DNA of 64,000 bases from Acidobacteriota bacterium (GTDB lineage Bacteria > Acidobacteriota > UBA890 > WLXD01). How positions within the stretch are numbered: position 1 is the first letter of the stretch; every line of letters begins with the position of its first letter. The position numbers and the translations under genes were made by a program. Under the pieces are notes generated by a model that was not told the origin of the DNA, searched no databases, and saw nothing but the letters and a program-made list of their open reading frames with translations. Positions 17,703 through 27,634 of this stretch are shown here, in pieces. The stretch spans positions 6,407-70,406 of the forward strand of contig JAJCXS010000263.1 in NCBI GenBank assembly GCA_029263335.1, read 5' to 3'.

Positions 17703-18991
17703 CGCTGGCCGAGGTGCGGCTCTGGGGCCGGACGATTGGCGCTGTTTCTTGGGTCCCGGCGCAGAAGCTGGCGTTCTTCGAGTACACGCCTGAGTTCCGC
17801 GACAGTACGGTTGAGGTCGCGCCGTTGATGATGCCGTTGGGAGGTCAGATCCACTCGTTCCCCGGACTGGCCCACGAGACATTCCGGGGCCTGCCGGGGA
17901 TGTTGTCGGACTCGCTTCCCGATCGTTTTGGCAACGCGCTCATCGACGCCTGGCTCGCGCGTCAAGGTAGGGCGAACGACTTCAACCCGGTCGAACGGCT
18001 CTGCTACACCGGGGCGCGCGGCATCGGGGCGCTGGAGTTCCGACCTGCCATTGGTCCGGACCCGAATGACGGAGACGGGCTGGAAGTGGGACGCCTGGTC
18101 GAACTCGCCGCGATGGTGATCTCAGAACGCCGCGGCGTGGATCGTCGGCTCGATGAGGACGGCCTGGCGGAGATCCTGGGCGTGGGCACTTCCGCCGGTG
18201 GCGCGCGCGCCAAAGCCGTGGTGGGGTGGAACCCCGAGACCAACGAGGTGCGGTCCGGCCAGCTTGATCTGCCCGAGGGGTTCGCCCATTGGATCCTCAA
18301 GTTCGACGGGGTCAGGGGTAACCGCGATCGTGAGCTCGATGATCCTGCAGGCTACGGGCTCATCGAGTACGCGTACTCCCACATGGCACGCGCCGCCGGC
18401 ATCGCAATGAGCGAGTGCCGCATTCTCGAGGACGGCCCGCGCCGTCACTTCATGACGCGACGATTCGATCGCACCGACACCGGCGACAAGCTACACATGC
18501 AGTCATTGGGAGCGGTGGCGCACTTTGACTACAACCAGCCGGGGGCGGCCTCCTACGAGCAGGCGTTCGAGGTGCTGGCGCGGTTGGAGACGCCAGCTGT
18601 CGCGCGCGAGCAGTTGTTCCGGCGCATGGTGTTCAACATCGTGGCGCGCAATCAAGACGACCACGTGAAGAACACCGCCTTCCTGATGGACCGGGCAGGG
18701 AACTGGACACTGTCGCCTGCCTACGATGTGGTCTACAGCTACAACCCGACGGGCGCATTCACATCGCGCCACCAGATGAGCGTCAACGGCAAGCGCGATG
18801 GGTTCACGGTGTCCGACCTGGTGACGGTCGGCAAGCGGGCCCTGCTGAAGCGTGGCCAGGCCCAAGCGATCCTCGATGAGGTGATTGCGGTGGTCACGCG
18901 GTGGCCCGAATTCGCGGCCACCGCCAAGGTCGCCGAAGAGCACGTTCGCGCCGTAGCCGCCGCGCATCGACTGCGATGGCTCGACGCCTGA
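17699..18991 (+). CDS. hipA: HipA-family type II toxin (Ser/Thr kinase)
   Basis: HipA N- and C-terminal domains, with catalytic motif …NQDDHVKNTAFLMD…SPAYDVV. 430 aa. Confidence 0.8.
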   Translation: MTLAEVRLWGRTIGAVSWVPAQKLAFFEYTPEFRDSTVEVAPLMMPLGGQIHSFPGLAHETFRGLPGMLSDSLPDRFGNALIDAWLARQGRANDFNPVERLCYTGARGIGALEFRPAIGPDPNDGDGLEVGRLVELAAMVISERRGVDRRLDEDGLAEILGVGTSAGGARAKAVVGWNPETNEVRSGQLDLPEGFAHWILKFDGVRGNRDRELDDPAGYGLIEYAYSHMARAAGIAMSECRILEDGPRRHFMTRRFDRTDTGDKLHMQSLGAVAHFDYNQPGAASYEQAFEVLARLETPAVAREQLFRRMVFNIVARNQDDHVKNTAFLMDRAGNWTLSPAYDVVYSYNPTGAFTSRHQMSVNGKRDGFTVSDLVTVGKRALLKRGQAQAILDEVIAVVTRWPEFAATAKVAEEHVRAVAAAHRLRWLDA

Positions 18992-19052
18992 TCTCCAAGC
19001 ATGGAGGGGAGGTCGTGGCCGGACGGGCGGTGATGGCCTTCAGGACCGTGAG

Positions 19053-19439
19053 CTACAGCAGGTACAAGTCGAGTCCCACCGCCTCGGCGGCCGTCGCCAT
19101 CTGACGATCGTAGGTGGCCACCTCAATCTGCTCGCCGTGGTCGCGCAAGAAGAGCGCCGAAGCGAGGTGCAGGGCATCGAGGGTTCTGACGGGTTCGGGG
19201 AAAGGGTGACGGGCGCGTTCGAGAACCGTCGGATCAAGTTCCAGCCAGGCGAACCGCGCGAGCATCTGTCGGGCGTAGTCGCCGTGCGAGCGACCGAGGC
19301 TGCGTGCGTGCAGCCTGCTCCACATCTCGTACTCGAGGAGGCGACTGGTGACCAGATCGGCCTCCCAGAGATCATCGGGCGGCCTGCGGTCCTCGGCTAG
19401 CAAATGAGCAAGGGCGACGGAGGTGTCGACGTAAATCAC
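19053..19439 (-). CDS. vapC: PIN-domain toxin VapC
   Basis: MIYVDTSV… with conserved acidic residues (D5, D in TLDALHLASA, D in ATYDRQ). 4-bp overlap with the upstream antitoxin. Confidence 0.75.
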   Translation of the reverse strand: MIYVDTSVALAHLLAEDRRPPDDLWEADLVTSRLLEYEMWSRLHARSLGRSHGDYARQMLARFAWLELDPTVLERARHPFPEPVRTLDALHLASALFLRDHGEQIEVATYDRQMATAAEAVGLDLYLL

Positions 19440-19720
19440 CGCTGGGCGCGGTCTTCAGACAGCTCGGTGAGAAGCTCGTCGATGGGGGCAACGGGCGCCG
19501 ATGGCGGCGGCGCGCCAGGCCCGGTCGCAGGCGCCGTGACGATGCCGCGTTCCACCAAGTCCCTGAGCACGAGCGAGCGGCCCTCCTGCCCAAGGGCGTG
19601 GACCCCCTGGCGCAGCACCTCAGAGCGGGATACGCCGCGCTCGTTCGCAACGCGGTCGAGTTCGGCGCGCTCCTTGGCAGTGAGATAGGTCTGGATGGGT
19701 TCTCGAACGGTTCGTTCCAT
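19436..19720 (-). CDS. vapB: VapB antitoxin (ribbon-helix-helix/CopG-like)
   Basis: TYLTAKERAELDRVANERGVSRSEVLRQGV is an RHH motif. Confidence 0.65.
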   Translation of the reverse strand: MERTVREPIQTYLTAKERAELDRVANERGVSRSEVLRQGVHALGQEGRSLVLRDLVERGIVTAPATGPGAPPPSAPVAPIDELLTELSEDRAQR

Positions 19721-19721
19721 G

Positions 19722-19733
19722 CGGTAAATTTAC
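19722..19733. promoter_or_regulatory. perfect palindrome GGTAAATTTACC immediately upstream of vapB start
   Basis: A 12-bp palindrome 2 bp upstream of the vapB ATG. It is a candidate VapB/VapBC autoregulatory operator. Confidence 0.4.
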
Positions 19734-19769
19734 CACGCAGAAATCCAAATTCATAACGCCAAATGCGCC

Positions 19770-20879
19770 TTAGATCTCATCGAGTTCCTGCGCCAAGTGG
19801 ACGAGGCGGCGTGGGTCGAGGTTGTCTCCGCTCAGCACGACGGCGATCTCGTCGCCAACATGTGGTGCGAGTCTCCCCGAGAGCAGGGCGCCGATGCCGA
19901 CGGCGCCACCGCCTTCCAGTACCTGCCGCTCGTGAAGCAGCGCCCAGACCATGGCCTCGGCGATCTCCTCCTCAGATAGCAGGACGATTTCGTCAATGAG
20001 GTCGCGGCAGAGAGCGAACGTGTAGCGATTGGGCTCGGGGAGGCCACCCTGGAGGGCGTCGGCCAGGCTCGGCTCCTCCTCGACCTCGACGATTCCGCCG
20101 GCGCGGATGCTGTCGTGCATCGCCGGCCCGAGCTGTTGGGACACGCCGATCAGCCGGATGTTCGGCCGCAGCGCTCGCGCGGCTACGCCGATGCCACTGA
20201 TCAACCCGCCGCCACTGAGTGGCACGATCAGGGTGTCAACGCTCGGGGCCTGCTCCAGAATCTCGAGCGCGATCGTTCCTTGTCCGGCGATCACGCTCGC
20301 TTCGTCGAACGGCGAGATGAAACTCAGGCCTCGCTCGGCGGCGAGGTGTAGCGCCCGCTCGGTGGCGACGTCCTGGTCCGGCCCCGCAATCACGACTTCG
20401 GCTCCGCGCCGCCGAATTCCGTCGACCTTGGCCTGCGGTACCTGCTCGCTCACACAGATCACCGACGGGATTCCCAGTTGGCCTGCGACGTACGCGAGCG
20501 CCTGGCCGTGATTGCCGCTCGACATCGTGATCACACCACGCTGGCGTGCGTCTTCGGGAAGGCTCAGCACGGCATTGGCGGCGCCACGGAGCTTGAAGGC
20601 ACCGGTAGGTTGAGCCGTTTCCAGTTTCAGCCGTACCGGGCAGCCGACAAGATCGGACAGGGCGTAGGCGGGCTTGAGGGGGGTCTCAACGGCCAATCCG
20701 CGAATGCGCTCCTGGGCGGCGCGAATGTCGTCGAGGCTAATCGGTGTCGCAGGCGGGCTTGGAGGGCGCAACAGGGAGGCCTCGTCTTCTGGGGCCAGCT
20801 CACGCCGGCATCGTTGGCGTCGTCGCGGTCTTCTCGATCGAGCGGGTAACCAACCGGATTCTGCTGGATCGTAGTACAT
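19770..20879 (-). CDS. PLP-dependent threonine/serine dehydratase-like enzyme
   Basis: PLP-lysine region (…VETPLKPAYALSDLVGCPVRLKLETAQPTGAFKLRGAAN…; SSGNHGQALA). The start is uncertain (MYYD at 20879 vs ATG at 20930). The N-terminus has an unusual basic/Pro-rich extension. Confidence 0.65.
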   Translation of the reverse strand: MYYDPAESGWLPARSRRPRRRQRCRRELAPEDEASLLRPPSPPATPISLDDIRAAQERIRGLAVETPLKPAYALSDLVGCPVRLKLETAQPTGAFKLRGAANAVLSLPEDARQRGVITMSSGNHGQALAYVAGQLGIPSVICVSEQVPQAKVDGIRRRGAEVVIAGPDQDVATERALHLAAERGLSFISPFDEASVIAGQGTIALEILEQAPSVDTLIVPLSGGGLISGIGVAARALRPNIRLIGVSQQLGPAMHDSIRAGGIVEVEEEPSLADALQGGLPEPNRYTFALCRDLIDEIVLLSEEEIAEAMVWALLHERQVLEGGGAVGIGALLSGRLAPHVGDEIAVVLSGDNLDPRRLVHLAQELDEI

Positions 20880-20941
20880 GAAGATCCTGATATTGCCGCG
20901 CTGCGCGACGCGGCGCTGCACTGCTATCAACGGGAGCGATC

Positions 20942-21460
20942 ATGAAGATGGGAAGCGAGACCGTGAGCCCGTGGCGAAGGCGACTGCGCTGGGCGGCAGC
21001 CGGCCTGCTCACGCTGGTAGGGCTCCTGCTGATCGGTGCGGTGTTCGGCTCGCCGACGCTCCCGCCCGGGGCTCCGCCGTTGGCGGCTCTCGTGCCGGTC
21101 GATAAGGATGCAGCGGGCCTCGCGCTGAGCGGCTACGATCCCGTTGCCTATCATCAGGAGGGTGCGGCTCGGCTCGGCTCGGCGGATGTCTCGTACCGGT
21201 GGAACGGTGCCACCTGGCTCTTCGCGAGCGACGCAAACCGACAGATGTTCGTTTCCGACCCGGTTCGTTATGGTCCGTTGTTCGGCGGCCACTGCGCCTT
21301 CGCTGCCAGCATGGGGAAGGTCGTTCCATCCGATCCCGAGGTATGGAGCATCGTCGACGGCCGCCTCTTCCTCAACGCGGATATCGTTGCGCGAGGACTC
21401 TTTCGCGCCGTTCCCGGTGCCGGGCGGCGAGCCTTCGAGAACTGGCCCGGCGCCAACTAG
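20942..21460 (+). CDS. exported YHS-like domain protein
   Basis: Signal/TM, then …GYDPVAYHQEGAARLG…YRWNGATWLFASDANRQMFVSDPVRYGPLFGGHCA…, which resembles tandem YHS-type motifs. Confidence 0.4.
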   Translation: MKMGSETVSPWRRRLRWAAAGLLTLVGLLLIGAVFGSPTLPPGAPPLAALVPVDKDAAGLALSGYDPVAYHQEGAARLGSADVSYRWNGATWLFASDANRQMFVSDPVRYGPLFGGHCAFAASMGKVVPSDPEVWSIVDGRLFLNADIVARGLFRAVPGAGRRAFENWPGAN

Positions 21461-22194
21461 CCTCCAGGCATCGTCAGGGTGCCGGTGATCGCGGCGAGCA
21501 CCAGCCACGGCTCGATGATGAGATTGATGGCGGCGTGGAGGATCAACGGCGGCAGCAGGCGCCGTCCTGAGAGGACATAGACGACGCCCAGGACCAGCCC
21601 GAGAACGGTCGTGCCTGCCATGGCGAAGAGGCCCGCGCGCCATTCTCCCGAGAGCAGCCCCCAACCGGCGTGGGCCAACCCGAACATGGCAGCGGTGAGG
21701 ATGACTCTCGGAACGATCTTCCAGCCGCCCCATGCGAGCAGGCTCATGAGCAGGCCGCGAAAGATGATCTCTTCAGCCGCTCCTGCTCCAGGTCCGGCCA
21801 GTAGGGAGCCGAGGATGTTGAAGCCGCTCAGCTCCAAAACCTCGATGCCCTCGGGCGCCTGGATGATCAGAGGTAGCGCCCACACCATCCACATCACACC
21901 AGCCGCGATCCATCCGGCGCGTCGCGCCCGCTCAGCCAGCGGATGCTCAAACGGCGGCAGGCCGTATCTCCGGAAGACGATCAGCGCGACGGCGATGACG
22001 CTCCCCTCAGCAATGAGGGCGCCGGCGATTTTCACGAGGGCAAGACTCCGATCGGGGGCGCCGGCCAGGAGCGCGGCTTCGAAGGAAGCCAGCAGCTGCA
22101 GCGTGAGTACGAGTAGCACCGTGAGGCCGATAGCCCCTGCGGCAGTGCGGGCCCGCCGCCTCGGCCCAACGGTGTTCGTGGCGAATGTAGTCAT
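21457..22194 (-). CDS. CPBP-family intramembrane metalloprotease (CAAX protease-like)
   Basis: Multi-TM protein with EEIIFRGLL, FGLAHAG and HAAINLI motifs. Confidence 0.65.
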   Translation of the reverse strand: MTTFATNTVGPRRRARTAAGAIGLTVLLVLTLQLLASFEAALLAGAPDRSLALVKIAGALIAEGSVIAVALIVFRRYGLPPFEHPLAERARRAGWIAAGVMWMVWALPLIIQAPEGIEVLELSGFNILGSLLAGPGAGAAEEIIFRGLLMSLLAWGGWKIVPRVILTAAMFGLAHAGWGLLSGEWRAGLFAMAGTTVLGLVLGVVYVLSGRRLLPPLILHAAINLIIEPWLVLAAITGTLTMPGG

Positions 22195-22446
22195 GTGCCG
22201 TACTCCCTGTGCGATCGTCGCTCGAGCCATCGATCGCAGTGTGACGCCTCACGTAGCGTGAGGGTCACGGGCGGCTACTCGCAGCGACGGAAAGTCCGTG
22301 ATCGCCTGGTGGAGACCTGTGATAATGCCTGCGCGGTCGCCGCTTTCGCGCGGCTCGCCGGAACTCATGCGGCCTGGAACAGACCCGAGCACAGTCGGAG
22401 TACGGCGCGGACCGCGCTGCTTCGCTGCCAACACGGTGGAAACAGA

Positions 22447-23868
22447 ATGAGATCAAGTGCGCGCACCTTCGTCGTCCGGTCGTTGGTCCCTGGGGCCCTG
22501 ATGGTTGTCGTCGCGGTGCTCGTGTCGGCCTGTGGCGGTGGCGGCGCCGCGAGCATGGACGATGAGGCGGTGACTTCGGGCTCATGGGCGGAGGCGACCG
22601 CGGCGATGGCCGACGGGCGCTTCGACGAGGCGGCGCGGTACTTCGAGCAACGAGTCGAACTCGGCCCCGACCGATTCTTGATTTCGTACAACCTGGGGCT
22701 GGCGCTGCACGGCGCGGGCCGTTACTCGGAGGCACTGCAGGCTCATTTTGTGGCGGCGGCTTATAGCCAGAACCGCGGTGCCGCGCTGTTCAACGCGGCC
22801 CGTACCTTCGCGCAAATGGGCGACGGTGAGCGTGCTCTGCGCTGGTTGGATCTTGCCGTCGCCAGCGGCTTTGACGATCAGGATGGTGCGCGCAACGAGT
22901 CGGACCTGGCCGCGCTCCACGACGATCCACGCTTCGTTCGCATCCTGGCCACCATTCCCGTCGTTGGCGGTCGAGGCATGCCCGCGGACCACCCGGCCTA
23001 TCGCTCACCCTGGCATGCGAGTTCCGAGCGCATCGAGGTTCGAACGCTGGGTGGCCCGATTCCGGGCCGCACCGGCGGATTGGCATTGGCGCCGAACGGC
23101 GACCTGGTCGCGGGCGATTTCGCCAGCACGGTCCATCGAGTGTCGCCCGAGGGGGCGCGCGAAACGCTGCTTGTGGATGTCGAGGGAGCCTCGGGCAACG
23201 TCTTCGATCGGGAAGGCAATCTCTACCAGGCACACTTCAGCGGCAACACACTGACGGTCACCACGCCCGGGGGCGAAACGCGGACGCTCATCGGCGAAGG
23301 CCTTGCGGGTCCGGTAGGGGTCGTGTTCGACAGCGCTGGCGCGCTCTATGCCGCCAACTGTGACGGCCAGTTCATTTCGAAGTGGACACCCGGGGGAGAG
23401 AACGAGAGGTTCTCGTCGGGGCCGTTGTACTACTGCCCCAACGCCCTCGCGGTGGACGATGAAGACAACCTGTACGTGGCCAATTTTCACGATGGCGTGA
23501 TCGTGAAGGTGACCCCCGATGGTGAGGCCACATTCCTGGCCAACATTCCTGGCGGGGGCGCCAGCTATATCGTCTACCTGGACGGAGTTCTCTACGTCAA
23601 CGGCAACAAGTCGCTTCGGGTCTATCGTCTGACCTTGGACGGCGAGTTGTCCGTGATCGCCGGAACGGGCGAGCGCGGTGGAACCGACGGACCTGCGCGG
23701 CAGGCCACCTTCGCCAAGCCCAACGGCCTCGCCGTGAGCCCCACAGGTGCTTGCCTGTACGTCAACGACAACCGTGGAGACTGGCGCGATGGTGCCAACG
23801 AGGAGGGGCTCCTCCAGGAGAGCACGATCCGCGTCATTCATCTCGACCCGGATCGCGCCTGCCAGTGA
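22447..23868 (+). CDS. lipoprotein with N-terminal TPR region fused to a 6-bladed (NHL/SMP-30-like) beta-propeller
   Basis: GGTGGA lies upstream of the ATG at 22447. Lipobox (AVLVSAC). TPR-like segment (YNLGLALHGAGRYSEALQAHF…). Propeller repeats (GPVGVVFDSAGALYAANCDGQ…; NALAVDDEDNLYVANFHDG…). Confidence 0.55.
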   Translation: MRSSARTFVVRSLVPGALMVVVAVLVSACGGGGAASMDDEAVTSGSWAEATAAMADGRFDEAARYFEQRVELGPDRFLISYNLGLALHGAGRYSEALQAHFVAAAYSQNRGAALFNAARTFAQMGDGERALRWLDLAVASGFDDQDGARNESDLAALHDDPRFVRILATIPVVGGRGMPADHPAYRSPWHASSERIEVRTLGGPIPGRTGGLALAPNGDLVAGDFASTVHRVSPEGARETLLVDVEGASGNVFDREGNLYQAHFSGNTLTVTTPGGETRTLIGEGLAGPVGVVFDSAGALYAANCDGQFISKWTPGGENERFSSGPLYYCPNALAVDDEDNLYVANFHDGVIVKVTPDGEATFLANIPGGGASYIVYLDGVLYVNGNKSLRVYRLTLDGELSVIAGTGERGGTDGPARQATFAKPNGLAVSPTGACLYVNDNRGDWRDGANEEGLLQESTIRVIHLDPDRACQ

Positions 23869-23926
23869 CACGCTCGGGGCGGCGTCCGCCGAACGCTACT
23901 CCGCCGATCGCGGGCGGGATCAGCGA

Positions 23927-24709
23927 TTAGGTGTCGCCGATTGTAGCCAGTATCCAAGCACGGAATTCCGACACGCGGGTGTAGTACTCGTAGGCGCCAT
24001 ACAGCCCCTCGGTTCTCGCGCCGCGACGATCCTGGTGGGAGCTTACGCCGACGATGTAGGCCTGGCCATCCTCGAACAGTAGCGCGGGGCCGCCGCTGTC
24101 ACCGGGGCCGCTGATTCCCTCCAGGGGAAGGGCGCCCGGCGAGTCGGGTGCGTCGAAGGTGAAACGAAGATAGCCGGGCTTGCTGCCGTCCGCACGGTTC
24201 TGCGCCGCGCGAAGTCTGGGCGCCTTGTCGATGGCTCCGTCGACCATGCCGGTGTCTCCGGTACCCGCCCAGCCCGTACCCAGGAAAACGATCTGCTTGC
24301 CGACCTCGTCGGACTCGCCGTAGAGTCGCGCGGGTTCGATGTCTGGCACGGCCCGATCGAGCTCCAATAGCGCAATGTCGTTGAGCACGGCACGGTCGAT
24401 CTCGAACTCGGGATGAATCACCCTGCGCTTGATTGCATAGTCGATCCCGTTGACGGTCACGTGGCGACCGACCCGTACGGTACGCGCGACGTGGGCCGCG
24501 GTGAGAATCCAGGCACGTCGAATGAAGGTGCCGCAGCCACCGCCGACGGCCGCGAATGAGCCCCCGGATTCTCGCGCCAATTCCAGGTATCTGGCCCGGT
24601 CCACATCGTGGCGCATCACGATCGGAGAGGCGGATTCGAGCAATAACAGCCCGACGAGGAGTGGCGTGGCGGACAGGTGCATGGTCGCGGTGGTCTGAGG
24701 GAGTGTCAT
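23927..24709 (-). CDS. trypsin-like (S1) serine protease, secreted
   Basis: Signal peptide; catalytic motifs LTAAHV and GDSGGP. Confidence 0.7.
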   Translation of the reverse strand: MTLPQTTATMHLSATPLLVGLLLLESASPIVMRHDVDRARYLELARESGGSFAAVGGGCGTFIRRAWILTAAHVARTVRVGRHVTVNGIDYAIKRRVIHPEFEIDRAVLNDIALLELDRAVPDIEPARLYGESDEVGKQIVFLGTGWAGTGDTGMVDGAIDKAPRLRAAQNRADGSKPGYLRFTFDAPDSPGALPLEGISGPGDSGGPALLFEDGQAYIVGVSSHQDRRGARTEGLYGAYEYYTRVSEFRAWILATIGDT

Positions 24710-24749
24710 CCAGGTCAGCAGCCAGCGTACCTGTCGTGCCCGGTGCGAT

Positions 24750-27524
24750 CTAGGACGGGCGGCGGCGACTCTGCCCTGCTTCCTGTTCGCCGGCTTCGTC
24801 CGTTTCTTCGTCGGGTTCGGCCGGCGGTTCCCAGAATCCCGGGGTACCGGTCGCTCCCGCGGCGCGCTCGCCGTGCAACAGCGTCGCGTTGAAGAGCGCG
24901 CGGAAGGTGCCGAAGGGCTGGCCGCGCCATTGCGGCCTGAAGCCGAAGAGAATCACCTGACCGTCGCCGTGCTTCACGTCGAGAGCGGCGGCGTATCCGT
25001 GGAGGTGTTCTTCACCCAGCAGGAAGCCGGACATCAGCGGTGAGCCCGAGTCCTGATACTTGGCCAGGGCGGCGCCCTCGAAACCCTCGGTGGTGGTGAA
25101 CACCGGGCTGTTGGTTACCGTGATGTTGGCGCGCTCAGGCATACCCGCCATCACCGGATGGCGCGTGTCGACCTGGACCTGCATGATCGAGCCGCTGGAG
25201 AAGAACTCGGTACGTTCGAGATCGCCCACCGCGTTGCGCACCGGCAGGCTCAGCTCCTCGATGGCAAACAAGCTACTGCTGTCGAGGCATACCAGCGTGC
25301 CGCCGTCGCGCACGAACGCATCGAGCGCCCGCACACCCTCGCGACCGATGCCGCCGGCGTAGCGGGGCGGTACGGTTCCGATGGCGGCGCCTTCGAGAAT
25401 CTGCCTGCCGCGCATGTCGGCCAGCACGATGACGTCGTAACGGTCGCGCAGGTTCCCGGCGCGCACGTCGGCGTTGTACAGACTGCGGAAGTTGAAATCG
25501 AACATCTCGAGCAGCCACCGCGTCCAGCCCTCATCCATGCTGGTAGACCACGGCCGGTAAAGGCCAACGCGGGCCTGCTCGATCGGCGCGCCGGTGGCAT
25601 TGGTGCGCTCGGCCTGCAGCGCCAGTTCCGCCACCAGCCGCTCGGCCGCGGCATTGTCGAGACCGCTAATCAGATAGCGGCCATCGTCGGCAACGCTGAC
25701 GCGGGCTCCCGCGGCCCAGGCCTGATTGATCGCTCGAAAGGCATTGTTCTGTGTCGGGTCGACCGCCAGTGCAGAACCGTTGCCGGTAACTCGGCCAGAC
25801 GGCGGTTTGATCCCTGCGGCAATGGCGTTGGTGTCGAAGCCGACGCCGGGTGCGCTATCGAACAGGGAGGTGTCGGGCTCGACGCCGGCTCCATCCACCG
25901 TCTCCCACGGCGTGGGGTCGATTCGTACGGGCTCGAGCGCCTCGCGCACCGCGTCCGGCAACGGTGAGCCGGCTGCCACGGTGCGCACGCCGAACTGATA
26001 GGGCAGCGTCCACCCGGCGTGGTCGTAGGGCAGATCCGGCGGTCCGTCGGGATATTGGCGGAGGTCGGGGTACTGCTGTATCGACAGCATCGACTGGGCG
26101 AAGTTGGCGCTGGCCTGGTCCATCGGGATGACCCACGTGCCGGCAGGGAAATCCTGCTGCTCCACGGTGGTGTCGGCGGTGAGCCGGTAGACCTCGATGT
26201 TCTGGTAGGCGATACGACGCAGCATCTCGACGGCAGCGACGGGGTCACGCTGATCCTGTGGAATGAAGTACGCATAGGGCGGCCCCTCGCGGAAGGCCTG
26301 GATGACATCGCGGGCTGCCTGGTAGCGGTTGTAGAGGATGTCTTCTCTGTACTTCGCGGCGACGTCCAGGGTCGAGGTCGAGGTCGCCAGCATGTAATCG
26401 ACCGAGTCGCGCAGTCGCCACCAGCCCCCGCGCCAAAGGCTTGCATGCAGCGTTCCAGGTTGCAGCGCGCGGTCGCTCTGGGGGAAGTCACGTACGGTGT
26501 AGAAACGCGGCGTCGGCGAACCGTGGATGCCGGTCTCGCTGAACATGATCACGATGTTGTGGAAGAAGTTGATGAAGTCGATGTAGCCGGGATACCAGGC
26601 GTCGAAGACTTCGCCCTTGTGCTCGGCGCCGGGCAGGCCACGCTCGTCGAGCGCTGCTGCGGCTGCCGTACCCATCAGATTGACCATCCGGTTCATCAAC
26701 GGGTGGATGTTCGGGTAGATCGGCTCGCCATAGGGAGGCAACCAGATCGTGGCCGGCATGCGCGCCGTCTGATGATGGCTGTACAGGACCTGCGGTTCCC
26801 AGTGGCGGTTGGTGCGCACCGCGACGCGCGACTCGATCATGTTGAGGCCGTAGCCGTCGCGATTGTTGTCGTGCCCGATGTACTTCTGGTACAGCTGCGG
26901 CAGTCGTGAGGTCTCGTAGGGCGTGCCTACATTCGCCCCGTACCACTCCGCCACCATGTTCTGGCCGTCGGGGTTGATCGACGGCCACAACACCAGAATG
27001 ACCTCGTCGAGAATGGCCCGACCTTCGTCGCCCTCTTTCTCGGTGACGATGTCGTAGGCGAGCTGGATGGTGTGTTGCGCATGAGCCGTTTCGGTGGCGT
27101 GCAGTCCGCCGTCGATGGCAACGATCGCCTTGCCGGTGCGGGCTAGCTGGTGGGCCTCGTCCTCGGTCATCCCGTCGGGGTGAGCCAGCCGCTGTGAGAT
27201 CTGGCGATACTCCTCCACCCGCGCGAGGTTCTCGGGCGACGAGATCAGCGCGATGTACCAATCTCGTCCTTCGGAGGTACGCCCCACCTGCCGTAGTTCG
27301 ACCCGGTCGGATGCTGCCGCCAGCGCCTTGAAGTACTCGATGGACTGATCGTACGAAGCCAGCTTGAAGTCGTCGCCGACGCGAAAGCCGAGCACGGACT
27401 CGGGGGTCGGGACTCCGGTCGTAGCGTCCTGGGGCAGGGCGCCGACGGCAGCCGGTAGCAGGGCAGCGCTGACCACTGCCGCGGCCACGAATCGCGAAAC
27501 TACGTGTACGGTTACCAAGCGCAT
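24750..27524 (-). CDS. large secreted M14-family zinc carboxypeptidase (924 aa)
   Basis: Signal peptide; M14 zinc-binding region (…IDGGLHATETAHAQH…LWPSINPDGQ…). Confidence 0.7.
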   Translation of the reverse strand: MRLVTVHVVSRFVAAAVVSAALLPAAVGALPQDATTGVPTPESVLGFRVGDDFKLASYDQSIEYFKALAAASDRVELRQVGRTSEGRDWYIALISSPENLARVEEYRQISQRLAHPDGMTEDEAHQLARTGKAIVAIDGGLHATETAHAQHTIQLAYDIVTEKEGDEGRAILDEVILVLWPSINPDGQNMVAEWYGANVGTPYETSRLPQLYQKYIGHDNNRDGYGLNMIESRVAVRTNRHWEPQVLYSHHQTARMPATIWLPPYGEPIYPNIHPLMNRMVNLMGTAAAAALDERGLPGAEHKGEVFDAWYPGYIDFINFFHNIVIMFSETGIHGSPTPRFYTVRDFPQSDRALQPGTLHASLWRGGWWRLRDSVDYMLATSTSTLDVAAKYREDILYNRYQAARDVIQAFREGPPYAYFIPQDQRDPVAAVEMLRRIAYQNIEVYRLTADTTVEQQDFPAGTWVIPMDQASANFAQSMLSIQQYPDLRQYPDGPPDLPYDHAGWTLPYQFGVRTVAAGSPLPDAVREALEPVRIDPTPWETVDGAGVEPDTSLFDSAPGVGFDTNAIAAGIKPPSGRVTGNGSALAVDPTQNNAFRAINQAWAAGARVSVADDGRYLISGLDNAAAERLVAELALQAERTNATGAPIEQARVGLYRPWSTSMDEGWTRWLLEMFDFNFRSLYNADVRAGNLRDRYDVIVLADMRGRQILEGAAIGTVPPRYAGGIGREGVRALDAFVRDGGTLVCLDSSSLFAIEELSLPVRNAVGDLERTEFFSSGSIMQVQVDTRHPVMAGMPERANITVTNSPVFTTTEGFEGAALAKYQDSGSPLMSGFLLGEEHLHGYAAALDVKHGDGQVILFGFRPQWRGQPFGTFRALFNATLLHGERAAGATGTPGFWEPPAEPDEETDEAGEQEAGQSRRRPS

Positions 27525-27634
27525 GCCATCGCCTCGTTGAAGCTAGAGTTGTGCCGATCCGGGGCTGATTGTCGGTTACGGCGACTACAAAGTGAAGCTG
27601 GCACCCGCGCGTGAACCCAGGCACAGGAGGGACC

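Noticed and set aside
22195-22446. 5' extension of the TPR-propeller lipoprotein ORF (start at 22195)
   Set aside because: The extension is Arg/Ser-rich with no signal. An ATG at 22447 with an upstream GGTGGA gives a clean lipoprotein signal peptide.
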